Shown one piece after another: positions 1 to 9,382 of a stretch of DNA of 32,000 bases. The position numbers and the translations under genes are program-made. Positions within the stretch are counted from its first letter, which is position 1. Each line of letters starts with the position of its first letter. Source of the DNA: Ruminococcus albus 7 = DSM 20455 (lineage in GTDB: Bacteria; Bacillota; Clostridia; Oscillospirales; Ruminococcaceae); assembly GCF_000179635.2 (NCBI RefSeq), contig NC_014825.1, forward strand, positions 150,001 to 182,000, read 5' to 3'. A model generated the notes under the pieces. That model was not told the DNA's origin and did not search any database. It worked only from the letters and a program-made list of their open reading frames with translations.

Positions 1-3000
1 TACCCATCAGGCAGTACAACGGCTGAACAGAACGCATATAAACTGATGATGTGGAATCTTAAACAGTATGCCAGTTCCGGTATTCAGTCATATTTTACGT
101 CTTCAAATAATGCAACAGAGCCCCTGACAGGTGATTTTGATTTATCAAAAGTATCTTATTATCCAATTAATAGAGCATCATCTGATGTTAGTATAGGTGC
201 GGCTAGTTTTACTTTCAATAATAAGAATATAGAAGATTCTGTTGTTGCAGGAACTACCTACCGCTCAACAGTTAGTAATAATTCCCAGCATTATTTGATG
301 CATTCCGGATTATTTAATAATGTTACTAGTAATTTAAGTATAGGTGATAATATCACATTGTCTGGTAGTATTGGTAAACATGAAAATGGGTCAGGTGCTA
401 TAGTTACCGGCACTTTAGGCGGACTTACGGAAGGAACAACTTCGTTTTCCAATACAACAGGAAAGCTAATAACCTTAAACGGATTAACTGTCAATGCTGC
501 TGATAACTATACTCCTGAAGGGGAATCGAGTGCGGTTACTACTTATAAACCGGTTCTGATAAACAGAATCAATAATCACGTTTCATTATCTCTTAATGGA
601 GTAAAAACAGCTGCTAATAGCTATGTTGCTACTGGCGGCGGTGTTAATACTGCGGGTTCAAGTTTGATAGGAACGGTTGGTACAAGAGATGGAGATAATA
701 AAGCCACCTCAGATTCAATCAGTTTAACATTTAATGATATAAGACTTGATGCGAGAACAGATTCAAACAAGAGTGTGGAGGCATTATCGGGTCTTTCAAC
801 AGCCTATGGAACTACTCAAGGTGTATTTACAAGAGCTACTCTTTTAGAAGAGTTTATCTTTAATAACAATAGCGACTGTAAAGGAGTGTATAATTATAGA
901 CTTTCCGAGGACTGGAATAGTTCCACAAAAGCAGCCATTCATAATGTAACTTACGGTTATGAAATAACCGGAACAAGTGAATTTGTAGGTATGCAGGATC
1001 ACTATGTAGACTTGCTGGGAAAGACTGACCCAACATCGTATGATAATACACAAGATGAAACAGAATATAGTTTTGCTGACTTTCTTCCTTATGTAGCTGT
1101 TCGAAATTATTCTGAGGCAAGTGATACACAGCGTTCAAGAGAAATAATGGTCAATCACACCAATGTTAGTATTACTGACGGCTGTGGCACGTATAATGAT
1201 CCTTATATAATTGATACTAATGGTCAGATAGAAGTTATTGCAAAGATTTTGGAACAAGGCGAAGTTAGTGATGGTTTTACTATCAATGTTCCTAATATTA
1301 CTGCTGTTTCGGGCACCAATTTCACTTATGAAACTTGGCATACCAACGATCACATTCTCTTAACGTTCAATAACGGCACCTATAAAGCGAGTACTGCAAC
1401 ATATAATCATACTACGGCACAGCTTGCAAAGTATCTTGCTGGTGCATATTATAAGATCACCAAGGTTGAAAAAGAGGGTGAAGATGATACTGTAACTTAT
1501 GAGAGTATTACAATAAGCAGCGCTTCGTTTAATGGTCTTGGCGGTACCTCTAATGAGTATGCTTTTCATGGCGTAATAGTAGGAGATACTGATACTGCAA
1601 CATATCCTCTTGTCAATAATACCGGTTCTCCGCTTATCAAAACAAGCCATGGTAGTGTTGTGAAAGATTTGAATATTAATGTCAGAAATGAGAATATCTC
1701 TAGAACACAGGAAAACAATACTCAGAAATTCGTAATTAGTGGTGGCTGCTCTAACTACGGAGCTGTTATCGGTCAGATTCTTGGTGGAGATAATATCATA
1801 GATAATGTTGCTGTAGATTTTACAGATTCAACCATTAAAGTTGAAGGTTCATCTGCAAATGTTATTCCGGTAGGCGGATATGTTGGTGTTGTAGCCAGCG
1901 GTGCCCTGATTTTCAGAGGAATGAACGGTAAAAACCATGCCGGACTTACAACAGGCATTGTTAAGGACGGTACAACAAGTATAGCTATGGATAGCACTGA
2001 TTGGCTTTATGTCAACCCAATTATTGGACGAGTCCTTAATGGCTATGCAGTTTATGAAGCAGGAACCAACAGTAGTAGTAATGATTATAAATATAGTGAA
2101 AGTAACGTTACTATGAAAAATGGTACAAAGAATTATTCTATTGCTGATATTGACCCTGACATTGACAAGGTTGAAGTTTCGGCCTATACGCAAAAAGGAA
2201 CAACAGGATATTACACGACTAATGTAACCATTCCTAATGCTCAGTCGCTTTATGTACTTTCGCTATTAATGCAAAGCAGAACTATAGGTAATGATAAATA
2301 TGGTACTGCACTTAAAGTGTTAAATAGTGATAGCTATGATTCAACAGTTAAACAGGCAATGCATCATGGAAAATATGACAAAGTCGGCACGGCTGATAAC
2401 AGCGATTATAATTCCTATGCTAAATATGATACTGTTGGTGTAGACACGGTAAATGGCATTAAGTATGCTCCTTATATTGTTGAAAGATATACAAGTGCAG
2501 TCGGTGAAAAGTATTATGTATTATCTCTTACAAACAATAAAACCGTTTGCAATATGACTCTTACAGGAAGCGACGCTGACTGGTATTTACCTGATGGATT
2601 TAAGGGAGTTGGGTACATCGGTTACGATAAATCCACATCCGATGGAATTAGTCTTCATAAATTCAACGGTAATGAGAAAACTATTCATTTGAATATGTCC
2701 TTGAACCATTACTCTGATAGTACAGATAACTACTGTCCAAGTAGTGGTAATGTAGGTTTTGGTCTCTTTAGTTCGATTAAGCATAATTCACAGGCGCAGG
2801 GAGGTGCTGTAACAGCTGATAATCTTGAAACAGATGATTACAAAATTAAGAACCTTAATTTAACAGGTACTATTGACTATAATGTAGCTGATGTTACAGA
2901 ATATAGTTCTTCAAATGTTTATAAGGATAAATACATAGATGTTGGTGGATTTGCAGGTTATTGTGGATACAGTGAGGCAAATGATTTAAGAATAGAAGGC

Positions 3001-6000
3001 ATAGATCTTTCAGGGCTTACTATCAATGGGTTTAAAACTGCCGGCGGCTTGTTCGGCTATCTGAAAATGGCAGCAAGTAATGTGTATTTAGCCAAAATAT
3101 CAAATATAACAGCTTCAAATGGCACTTTGACTGTCACTTCCAAAGATTATGTTGGAGGTATTGTGGGACGATGTGAACAAATTGGCTTAACTATTGACAG
3201 TTTGACTCTTGATAACCTTAGTATTGTTTCCTACTTTTATGAAACAGGCACTATTACATATAATAATGGAGCTGGTGGTATTATCGGTTGGGCAGCAAAT
3301 GCTTCAACTAATCAACCAATAACGCTGAGTAATATAACTGTAGGTAGTAGTACAGCAATATCTAATCTTCGTATAGGATACCCTAATAAAGCACCATATA
3401 CTAATACTAACAATGTCGATAATTATTATCAGATTGCTGTAGGTGGACTTGTTGGCAGGAGCATGACAAATAAGAACAGCAGTTATAGTTATTCGATGAT
3501 AATAGAGCATTGCTATGTTTACAATGTTGATTTTTATGGTCATAGAGTTGCGGGGATTATTGGACATGATGCAGCTGGTTCAGGTAAGACAGCATCTGGA
3601 TCCTATTTGCTGATGTCAGATGTCCATGTTGTAAGTAGTAATAGCGCATCGATTAATGGAATCAAAAAGTTGTCAAACCTAGGTGATAGAGGTTGTGGCG
3701 GATTAGTTGGTGTTATGTGGAACGATAAGAATAAAGATTTTATTGATTGTAGTGTTGAGGGTTATACGTTACGTTCTTATAATGATACTGGTGGAATTTC
3801 ATCAAATATGCAAACTGGAGGAACTGTAACAATAAAAAATTTCAAAGCTACAGATTTGAATATCTATTCTAATTATCATGGCTCATTATTTGGATATTTA
3901 AAATGTACTACAAATGGATATAACATACTACTTGATAACATTCAGTTCAATAATTATGTTGATGAGGAAGGGGTAGTTCATAAGCATAGTAATGGATATA
4001 TCGAAAAAAAATACGGTTATTTGGTCGGTAATAATGGCGGCTGTGTAATTAAACTTGTAGGTTTAACAAGACAACACTTAGAAAATACAGCTCATGATCA
4101 CCTGAACAGAATTGTTGGAGCTAAAAACTCCGACTCAAATTACAATTATGGTTCAGGCGGGTATATTATCTTTGCTGACACTCTTGGAAAAAGCACAACT
4201 ACAGCAACTGCTGGAACCAAGCAATCTGATTTGTCAGATAAAACAAATGTCACAGCGAAGTCACCGTGGGTAACTGTAAGCCCAAGTATCAACATTAGCG
4301 GAACAGAAGCAGATAGCACTCAGGTATTGACAGGCGACAGTATTATGTCAAATTACCTTGCTGCGGATACTCTGAGCAATTACAATGGTGTTGATACAGC
4401 TGGTATTATTTCCTCACTTGCTGATGTAAATTCAACTGCCAAAACGAATTACGCAGGCTTTAGAGATGCTCAACTATTCTCAACCTATGAGGACGAAATG
4501 GGTGATGGTTCTCTGCCTGAAGGAGTCTCAAACTTTGCTGTAATTGCGGTTGATAATAACGGATTAAGAGATGATTTAAATACCGCAATAAATAGTTATG
4601 TTCAGATGCTTACGCATACAACAGATGTTTATTCTCGAACAAATAATAATGGGAATGTATATAAGGTTCAAATTTACAGATGTACTTATGACTCAACTGA
4701 GCAAGTATTCGTAAAGACTGCCAGCAGTGATGGATTAACTAGAGATACTAATGGTTTTTACCCTTCTGTTGAACACCCTGATACTGATGCAGATACAGCG
4801 TGCTTTACTTTGGTTGACATTCAGTTCTTGAACCCGAGCAATTCTAACGAAGTCGCATATCATGTATATGTACCGGTACTCATAAAGAAATTATTGAAGT
4901 TTAATTTCAAGGCTTCTTCTTTGCCGGGTACGGTATATGATTATACTAACTATGTTTACAAAACTTCATCACACACAACGGAGGATAAATGGGGAACACC
5001 AAGTGTTACTAATCTCGGAACACCGGTCACCATGTATTTCCGTTATGATTACACTTCAAATGTAAGTGAGTGGCAGGAGATGATTAACAATGGCGAAAGT
5101 TTGATGTGGCATACTAACAACAAGCTGCAATTAAAGACTGCTGCAAGTAATCTTCCGTTCAATACAAGAATGGTTTTGGTCGATGCAAATAATAACGATA
5201 GAGCGTATTTTGCTAAGGCAAGCGACACGGGAGTTTTTACTAAAAATACCAACTCTGATCAAAATGATTATTTTGTTGATCTTACCAAGTTTAAAAACGG
5301 TTCTGATTATTTTGCGGCAAAGAATTTTGGAGAGAGGCTGCTAATTTCAGCCAGTACGACATCATCGTCAGCAGCTACTAAGGCCTATGTAATATCGGCT
5401 GCTGGTGAATCGGTATATGTAACTGCAACAATTGGAAGTGAAACAACTCGCTCCAACTTTAGACCCGCAACGGACGCTGAAATATCGGATAGTTCAAAAA
5501 CCAAGTATTACTTAACAGTTGATGGAGTAACTTCTTTACCTCCGGCTGGATTAACGGAAAGCTATTACATTACTTTCTTTACAGATACGGCAGATGATCC
5601 GCTAAGAGTAATTATAGGTGGTTCTGCGCCTTCGCTTTCCTCATCTCCTCAGAATTCGGAGATTAGCAAACATACTTTGAAATGCACAAATCAAACTGAA
5701 TCTGCATTGATTTTAGGAAATATTTTCAAGCAAGAATTTACAAAGTTTGAAACGGAAAATGCTCAAAGTGGTTTGGTGAATAACAGCTGTGATTATTTTG
5801 AAGCTGACATAACTGTAAAAATCTCAGTTAACAACGATAATGATGAGGCTGAAACGATAATTAGGTATTTGAATAATGATTCAATTGAAGTGTACCATAG
5901 TATTCTGTTGGGATTAACGAAGAATGATGGTACCACCGTTGAAAACACTATTTATGGAACACCTACTTATACTGTAAATACGGCTAAAGCAGCGTCAGGG

Positions 6001-6981
6001 ATTTATGGAACTATATCTTCAACATTTTCCGATAGTGCTGTTGATATATCTGGATTCAGTATTCCGTCACCAAACAATACATCTAGTTTTATTCAAATTG
6101 GTGATTTGGATTATAATATTAAGCCGCTTTTAGTTGAAAAAATCGGATCAACATATGGAGGTGCAATAATATCTGTCAATGGTTTACGAGTTCATTTTGA
6201 CTATCTGAATATTCCTAACCAATTTCCCTATCAACCCAGTACTGTGGAAGGACAAAACACCGTAGGCACAACTGTCAAAGCATATTCGACCTTAGATTCA
6301 GATTATACTAATATAGCTTACAGCAGTATAAGAGAAGAAATGGCTGATTCTAATGCAGTAAAGTATCATAGCGAGACCCCCTCATCAGCAACGCTTGTTT
6401 ACGTTGTTGATACTAGTGATGATATAGATATTGTAAAGAATTATAATATGCTTGGCATAAACCCAATAGATGAGGCTGAATATTTCAATAATATTATAAC
6501 TGCTGACGGAACATATAATGCGGTTTCATTTGTTGATTCAGCTCAAGCCGGTAAGATTAGATGGACTCTTTCTTTAGAAAAGAAGAATGAATCCGGTGCT
6601 TATGAAACTGTAAAAATGTCTGATTATGTTTCTGGAAATGTTACTGTTGGTAATCGAACTTCTGGCGCTGTATTTTCGGCTTCTGGTAATACGTTTATTT
6701 ATGATGAAGATTATACAACGCCAATGGACATTACAAAACTTACAACCATTTATGCAATGAAAACCGGAGATGATCTTGAAGCTCTTGTTGACGGTGACGG
6801 GAATCCTGTTACTGGTGTATATGCAAATTACAAGGTAACATTGTCAGCTACATTATATACAGGTTCGGAAGCATTGTCTGGAGATTTAAGTAGCCGAAAA
6901 ATCGATAATTCAACTGTTTCTGATTACATTAAGTATACAAATGCTAAGGTTAAATCAAGTTGGGTTAATCCTAGCAATTAG
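1..6981 (+). CDS. Giant secreted/cell-surface protein, 5' end outside the window (>=2326 codons here), with a central GLUG-like parallel beta-helix repeat region
   Basis: The frame-1 ORF is open from nt 1 (no stop before the first ATG at 46) to the TAG at 6979-6981. Composition is N/T/S/G/Y-rich. A lead-in 'GCGTYNDPYIIDTNGQIEVIAKIL' is followed by many G-G-hydrophobic-hydrophobic-G turns (GGYVGVVASG, GGFAGYCGY, GGLFGYLKM, GGIVGRCEQ, GGIIGWAAN, GGLVGRSMTN, AGIIGHDAAG, GGLVGVMWND), as in GLUG-motif adhesin-like proteins. No LPXTG, dockerin-like or SLH-like C-terminus was seen. Confidence 0.8.
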   Translation, partial: YPSGSTTAEQNAYKLMMWNLKQYASSGIQSYFTSSNNATEPLTGDFDLSKVSYYPINRASSDVSIGAASFTFNNKNIEDSVVAGTTYRSTVSNNSQHYLMHSGLFNNVTSNLSIGDNITLSGSIGKHENGSGAIVTGTLGGLTEGTTSFSNTTGKLITLNGLTVNAADNYTPEGESSAVTTYKPVLINRINNHVSLSLNGVKTAANSYVATGGGVNTAGSSLIGTVGTRDGDNKATSDSISLTFNDIRLDARTDSNKSVEALSGLSTAYGTTQGVFTRATLLEEFIFNNNSDCKGVYNYRLSEDWNSSTKAAIHNVTYGYEITGTSEFVGMQDHYVDLLGKTDPTSYDNTQDETEYSFADFLPYVAVRNYSEASDTQRSREIMVNHTNVSITDGCGTYNDPYIIDTNGQIEVIAKILEQGEVSDGFTINVPNITAVSGTNFTYETWHTNDHILLTFNNGTYKASTATYNHTTAQLAKYLAGAYYKITKVEKEGEDDTVTYESITISSASFNGLGGTSNEYAFHGVIVGDTDTATYPLVNNTGSPLIKTSHGSVVKDLNINVRNENISRTQENNTQKFVISGGCSNYGAVIGQILGGDNIIDNVAVDFTDSTIKVEGSSANVIPVGGYVGVVASGALIFRGMNGKNHAGLTTGIVKDGTTSIAMDSTDWLYVNPIIGRVLNGYAVYEAGTNSSSNDYKYSESNVTMKNGTKNYSIADIDPDIDKVEVSAYTQKGTTGYYTTNVTIPNAQSLYVLSLLMQSRTIGNDKYGTALKVLNSDSYDSTVKQAMHHGKYDKVGTADNSDYNSYAKYDTVGVDTVNGIKYAPYIVERYTSAVGEKYYVLSLTNNKTVCNMTLTGSDADWYLPDGFKGVGYIGYDKSTSDGISLHKFNGNEKTIHLNMSLNHYSDSTDNYCPSSGNVGFGLFSSIKHNSQAQGGAVTADNLETDDYKIKNLNLTGTIDYNVADVTEYSSSNVYKDKYIDVGGFAGYCGYSEANDLRIEGIDLSGLTINGFKTAGGLFGYLKMAASNVYLAKISNITASNGTLTVTSKDYVGGIVGRCEQIGLTIDSLTLDNLSIVSYFYETGTITYNNGAGGIIGWAANASTNQPITLSNITVGSSTAISNLRIGYPNKAPYTNTNNVDNYYQIAVGGLVGRSMTNKNSSYSYSMIIEHCYVYNVDFYGHRVAGIIGHDAAGSGKTASGSYLLMSDVHVVSSNSASINGIKKLSNLGDRGCGGLVGVMWNDKNKDFIDCSVEGYTLRSYNDTGGISSNMQTGGTVTIKNFKATDLNIYSNYHGSLFGYLKCTTNGYNILLDNIQFNNYVDEEGVVHKHSNGYIEKKYGYLVGNNGGCVIKLVGLTRQHLENTAHDHLNRIVGAKNSDSNYNYGSGGYIIFADTLGKSTTTATAGTKQSDLSDKTNVTAKSPWVTVSPSINISGTEADSTQVLTGDSIMSNYLAADTLSNYNGVDTAGIISSLADVNSTAKTNYAGFRDAQLFSTYEDEMGDGSLPEGVSNFAVIAVDNNGLRDDLNTAINSYVQMLTHTTDVYSRTNNNGNVYKVQIYRCTYDSTEQVFVKTASSDGLTRDTNGFYPSVEHPDTDADTACFTLVDIQFLNPSNSNEVAYHVYVPVLIKKLLKFNFKASSLPGTVYDYTNYVYKTSSHTTEDKWGTPSVTNLGTPVTMYFRYDYTSNVSEWQEMINNGESLMWHTNNKLQLKTAASNLPFNTRMVLVDANNNDRAYFAKASDTGVFTKNTNSDQNDYFVDLTKFKNGSDYFAAKNFGERLLISASTTSSSAATKAYVISAAGESVYVTATIGSETTRSNFRPATDAEISDSSKTKYYLTVDGVTSLPPAGLTESYYITFFTDTADDPLRVIIGGSAPSLSSSPQNSEISKHTLKCTNQTESALILGNIFKQEFTKFETENAQSGLVNNSCDYFEADITVKISVNNDNDEAETIIRYLNNDSIEVYHSILLGLTKNDGTTVENTIYGTPTYTVNTAKAASGIYGTISSTFSDSAVDISGFSIPSPNNTSSFIQIGDLDYNIKPLLVEKIGSTYGGAIISVNGLRVHFDYLNIPNQFPYQPSTVEGQNTVGTTVKAYSTLDSDYTNIAYSSIREEMADSNAVKYHSETPSSATLVYVVDTSDDIDIVKNYNMLGINPIDEAEYFNNIITADGTYNAVSFVDSAQAGKIRWTLSLEKKNESGAYETVKMSDYVSGNVTVGNRTSGAVFSASGNTFIYDEDYTTPMDITKLTTIYAMKTGDDLEALVDGDGNPVTGVYANYKVTLSATLYTGSEALSGDLSSRKIDNSTVSDYIKYTNAKVKSSWVNPSN

Positions 6982-7084
6982 TAGGACATAGTTTCAGTAA
7001 ATGTGTTTCTCTATTGTGAGCGAGTTTATTATCTATGCTAAAGCAATTTTCGATTCAACATTTATTGAGCCAAGTTATTATTTT

Positions 7085-7128
7085 GTGAGCCAAAGGAATC
7101 CCAATTTCCGCGGCTCACTTTCATTTTT
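7085..7128 (+). terminator. Possible rho-independent terminator of the giant gene
   Basis: Stem GTGAGCC (7085-7091) pairs with GGCTCAC (7112-7118) and is followed by TTTCATTTTT. The 20-nt loop is long, so this is only moderately convincing. Confidence 0.45.
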
Positions 7129-7372
7129 CCTTGAAAAACATCTTTGCCCCTCTTGCAATCAAGTCTGTTTTAGTGTATAATAGTAAGAGAAGAACAATGA
7201 AGCAGTCGCTATGTGCAAACAAAACAGTTGACAAACTCCTTGCAAAAAAGTTGACCACGAAATTCGTGTATTTTGAACGGTTTAATATATTCGCAACCAT
7301 GTAAAAAAGAAAGAAAAAGAAATAGTAATTGGCTGTTAGAAATGACAGAAACGGAATGAAGGGTAAAAACAA

Positions 7373-7813
7373 ATGCTGAACATTATATTTGGTGAGTATG
7401 CAGGTGTAGTCACAAACCCTGCCGTGTACTTTAAAAACACTTATGAAGACGAATGGATCACAGATGAATTGTCTCGAAAAATGATTCAGGCTGTTGACCA
7501 TTCAACCGTCATCAGTGAACGAGTTATCGAAAGCCCTGTTCTTGGTGCGATTACTCCTAAAGAACTTTCGGGCGGCGTAAAAACTCTTATTCTTATCAAC
7601 AATTGTCCGGACAAGATTTTCAACGCATCTGCTTGTGGTGATAACTGTGCCGAGTGGCTGCTTGAGATTGGTCAAGAAAAGGATATAACGATCAATCTGC
7701 GTCACATCATGGACTTTGGTGAGGGCAACTTTGATATTCACATTCAGAATACAGATCAGATAGTTCACAGCATGAAGGAGCTTATTCCGATTGCCGGAAT
7801 GATCGTGAGGTGA
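7373..7813 (+). CDS. Small (146 aa) protein resembling the C-terminal half of an ABC-type nucleotide-binding domain (signature motif only); possibly DUF4869-like
   Basis: 'LSGGVKTLILINNCPDKIFNASACGDN...ITINLRH' is collinear with ABC signature LSGG, helix, degenerate Walker B, D-loop-like and H-loop His. No Walker A is present. The stop lies 4 nt before the next ATG. The DUF4869 assignment comes from memory of similar ~150-aa proteins and is unverified. Confidence 0.7.
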   Translation: MLNIIFGEYAGVVTNPAVYFKNTYEDEWITDELSRKMIQAVDHSTVISERVIESPVLGAITPKELSGGVKTLILINNCPDKIFNASACGDNCAEWLLEIGQEKDITINLRHIMDFGEGNFDIHIQNTDQIVHSMKELIPIAGMIVR

Positions 7814-7817
7814 GCGC

Positions 7818-8798
7818 ATGAAGGGCAGTTATACAATCAGGGTCGGCAACAGCAGGCTCAGATACGAGTTCACTATTTGTAGGAACATTACTATTCTCAA
7901 GGGCAACAGCGCTACCGGAAAGACCACACTTGTCGAGATGATAAGGGAGTACTATGAGGACGGAGAACTAAGCGGTATTCAGCTTGAATCAAGTGTACCG
8001 TGCAGAACACTATCGGGGCGTGACTGGAAGTACATTCTGCCTGCGATAGAGAATAGTATCGTGTTTATTGATGAAGATAACGATTTTCTGAGAACGCTGG
8101 AATTTGCCGAAGCAATACGCCACAGCTCAAATTATTATGTGATTGTCACAAGAGAGGGTCTTGCGTATCTTCCTTACAGCGTGAATGAGATATACGGCAT
8201 AAGGGAATCTGGCAAATATGCAGGGCTAAAACAAGTCTATAATGAGTTTTACCGTATATATCATTGGGTAAGCGAGATAGAAAAATCCAACATTGTCAAA
8301 GTGGTTGTTGAAGACACTAACTCAGGCTATGAATTCTTTTCGGCACTTGCTGCTGACGGTCAGCCGATTGTTATTAGCGCTGAGGGTAATTCGGGAGTGT
8401 TTAAAAAGCTCCTTGGTCGTGACCCTTCGGAAACGTGTCTTGTCATTGCTGACGGGGCAGCCTTTGGCTCGGAAATCGACAGAGTGATGAAGCTGATACA
8501 TGACGCAGATAATGTTATTTTGTATCTTCCCGAGTCGTTTGAATGGCTGATCCTGAAGTCCGGATTGATAGACGGAACTCGCATACAAGAGATGCTTGCA
8601 AATCCTGAAAACTATATTCTCAGTGACAAGTATTTCAGTTGGGAACAGTATTTTACTGCACTGCTCATTGATGAAACCAAAGATACTTTTCTTAGCTACT
8701 CTAAGAAGAAACTAAATCCCGTGTATCTGCATGAGATCGAAAAAAGCAAAATTGTAAACGCTATGGATAAGATAGGAGAACTGTTTTCTGATAACTAA
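7818..8798 (+). CDS. P-loop ATPase (326 aa) with a C-terminal Toprim/DUF4435-like domain ('mini-OLD'-like)
   Basis: Walker A is 'GNSATGKTT' and Walker B is 'SIVFIDEDNDF', followed by 'YYVIVTRE'. No ABC signature motif is present. The C-terminal half has 'VVVEDTNSGYEFF', 'ISAEGNSGVF' and 'CLVIADGAAFGSEID', resembling Toprim Glu and acidic-strand motifs. The Toprim call is inference from motifs only. Confidence 0.7.
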   Translation: MKGSYTIRVGNSRLRYEFTICRNITILKGNSATGKTTLVEMIREYYEDGELSGIQLESSVPCRTLSGRDWKYILPAIENSIVFIDEDNDFLRTLEFAEAIRHSSNYYVIVTREGLAYLPYSVNEIYGIRESGKYAGLKQVYNEFYRIYHWVSEIEKSNIVKVVVEDTNSGYEFFSALAADGQPIVISAEGNSGVFKKLLGRDPSETCLVIADGAAFGSEIDRVMKLIHDADNVILYLPESFEWLILKSGLIDGTRIQEMLANPENYILSDKYFSWEQYFTALLIDETKDTFLSYSKKKLNPVYLHEIEKSKIVNAMDKIGELFSDN

Positions 8799-9382
8799 AA
8801 TCGTAAGAAATGATAGGTTGCTGTTCAAGGTGAGTTTAGCGATGTTTGAACAAAACGGTTGACCAACTCCTTACAAAACAGATGACCTAAAATTGGATCA
8901 AATATTGCTGTTTCATATTTTTTTGGATATTATAAACCAAGCCATCCAAGAAGCTATGCGTAAGCAGAACATCTTTGTTTAAACAAAACAGTTGACATAC
9001 TGGATAATCGAGTGATTGAAGATAGAACATTCTGGTAATGATCAAAATCATAGTGTTCACGACTGCTTTTAATCCTACTCTATGTTCAGATTAATCATTA
9101 TGTATACAAAACAGTTGACGAACTCCTTACCAAAAAGTTGACCTAAAAACCAACTCGAAAAAGTCGATTCCAAATTTTTTATAGCCAAAGCCAATCTGTT
9201 CGTAGAGCGCAGGGGAGCTTTGACCATACGAAAAAGTTGACCGCCTGCATACAAAACAGTTGACAAATTTATTGCACAATAGTGCGTTGATAAAGTAACC
9301 GCCAACCAATCCCCCGAGCCGACACAGCCCACCCAATATGATATAATTACTCTGAAGGATAATACGCAAGCCGAAAGGAGTA

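Larger units (their letters stand above)
7221..9264 (+). repeat. Iteron-like array: nine same-orientation copies of the 12-bp core AAAA[C/A]AGTTGAC, eight of them in four pairs with exact 23-bp spacing
   Basis: Core copies start at 7221 and 7244; 8852 and 8875 (variants AAAACGGTTGAC and AAAACAGATGAC); 8985 (single); 9108 and 9131; 9230 and 9253. Three pairs share a ~45-bp unit ACAAAAC(A/G)GTTGAC-N-A(A/C)CTCCTT(G/A)C(A/C)AAAA(A/C)AG(T/A)TGACC. All copies lie in non-coding DNA flanking the 7373-8798 cassette. Confidence 0.85.

Noticed and set aside
291-5252. Eleven 65-114 aa minus-strand ORFs inside the giant gene (e.g. 291-494, 1849-2193, 3304-3567, 5049-5252)
   Set aside because: All are antisense to a continuous 7-kb coding frame. 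They have low-complexity, hydrophobic or odd composition and no RBS context. They are typical shadow ORFs of an AT-rich gene.
6700-6981. 'LVDGDGNPVTG' near the C-terminus of the giant protein as a dockerin or calcium-binding repeat
   Set aside because: It is a single occurrence without the duplicated F-hand pattern and spacing of dockerins, so it is insufficient.
7121-7501. 126-aa minus-strand ORF spanning the cassette promoter region and the start of the 146-aa gene
   Set aside because: It overlaps the better-supported + strand gene and the iteron pair. Its sequence is poly-F/L low complexity, and it has no RBS.
7221-9264. Possibility that the TTGAC repeats form a CRISPR array
   Set aside because: The repeat core is only 12 bp. 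Spacing alternates between 23 bp and irregular 100-1600 bp gaps, one gap contains two genes, and no cas genes are present.
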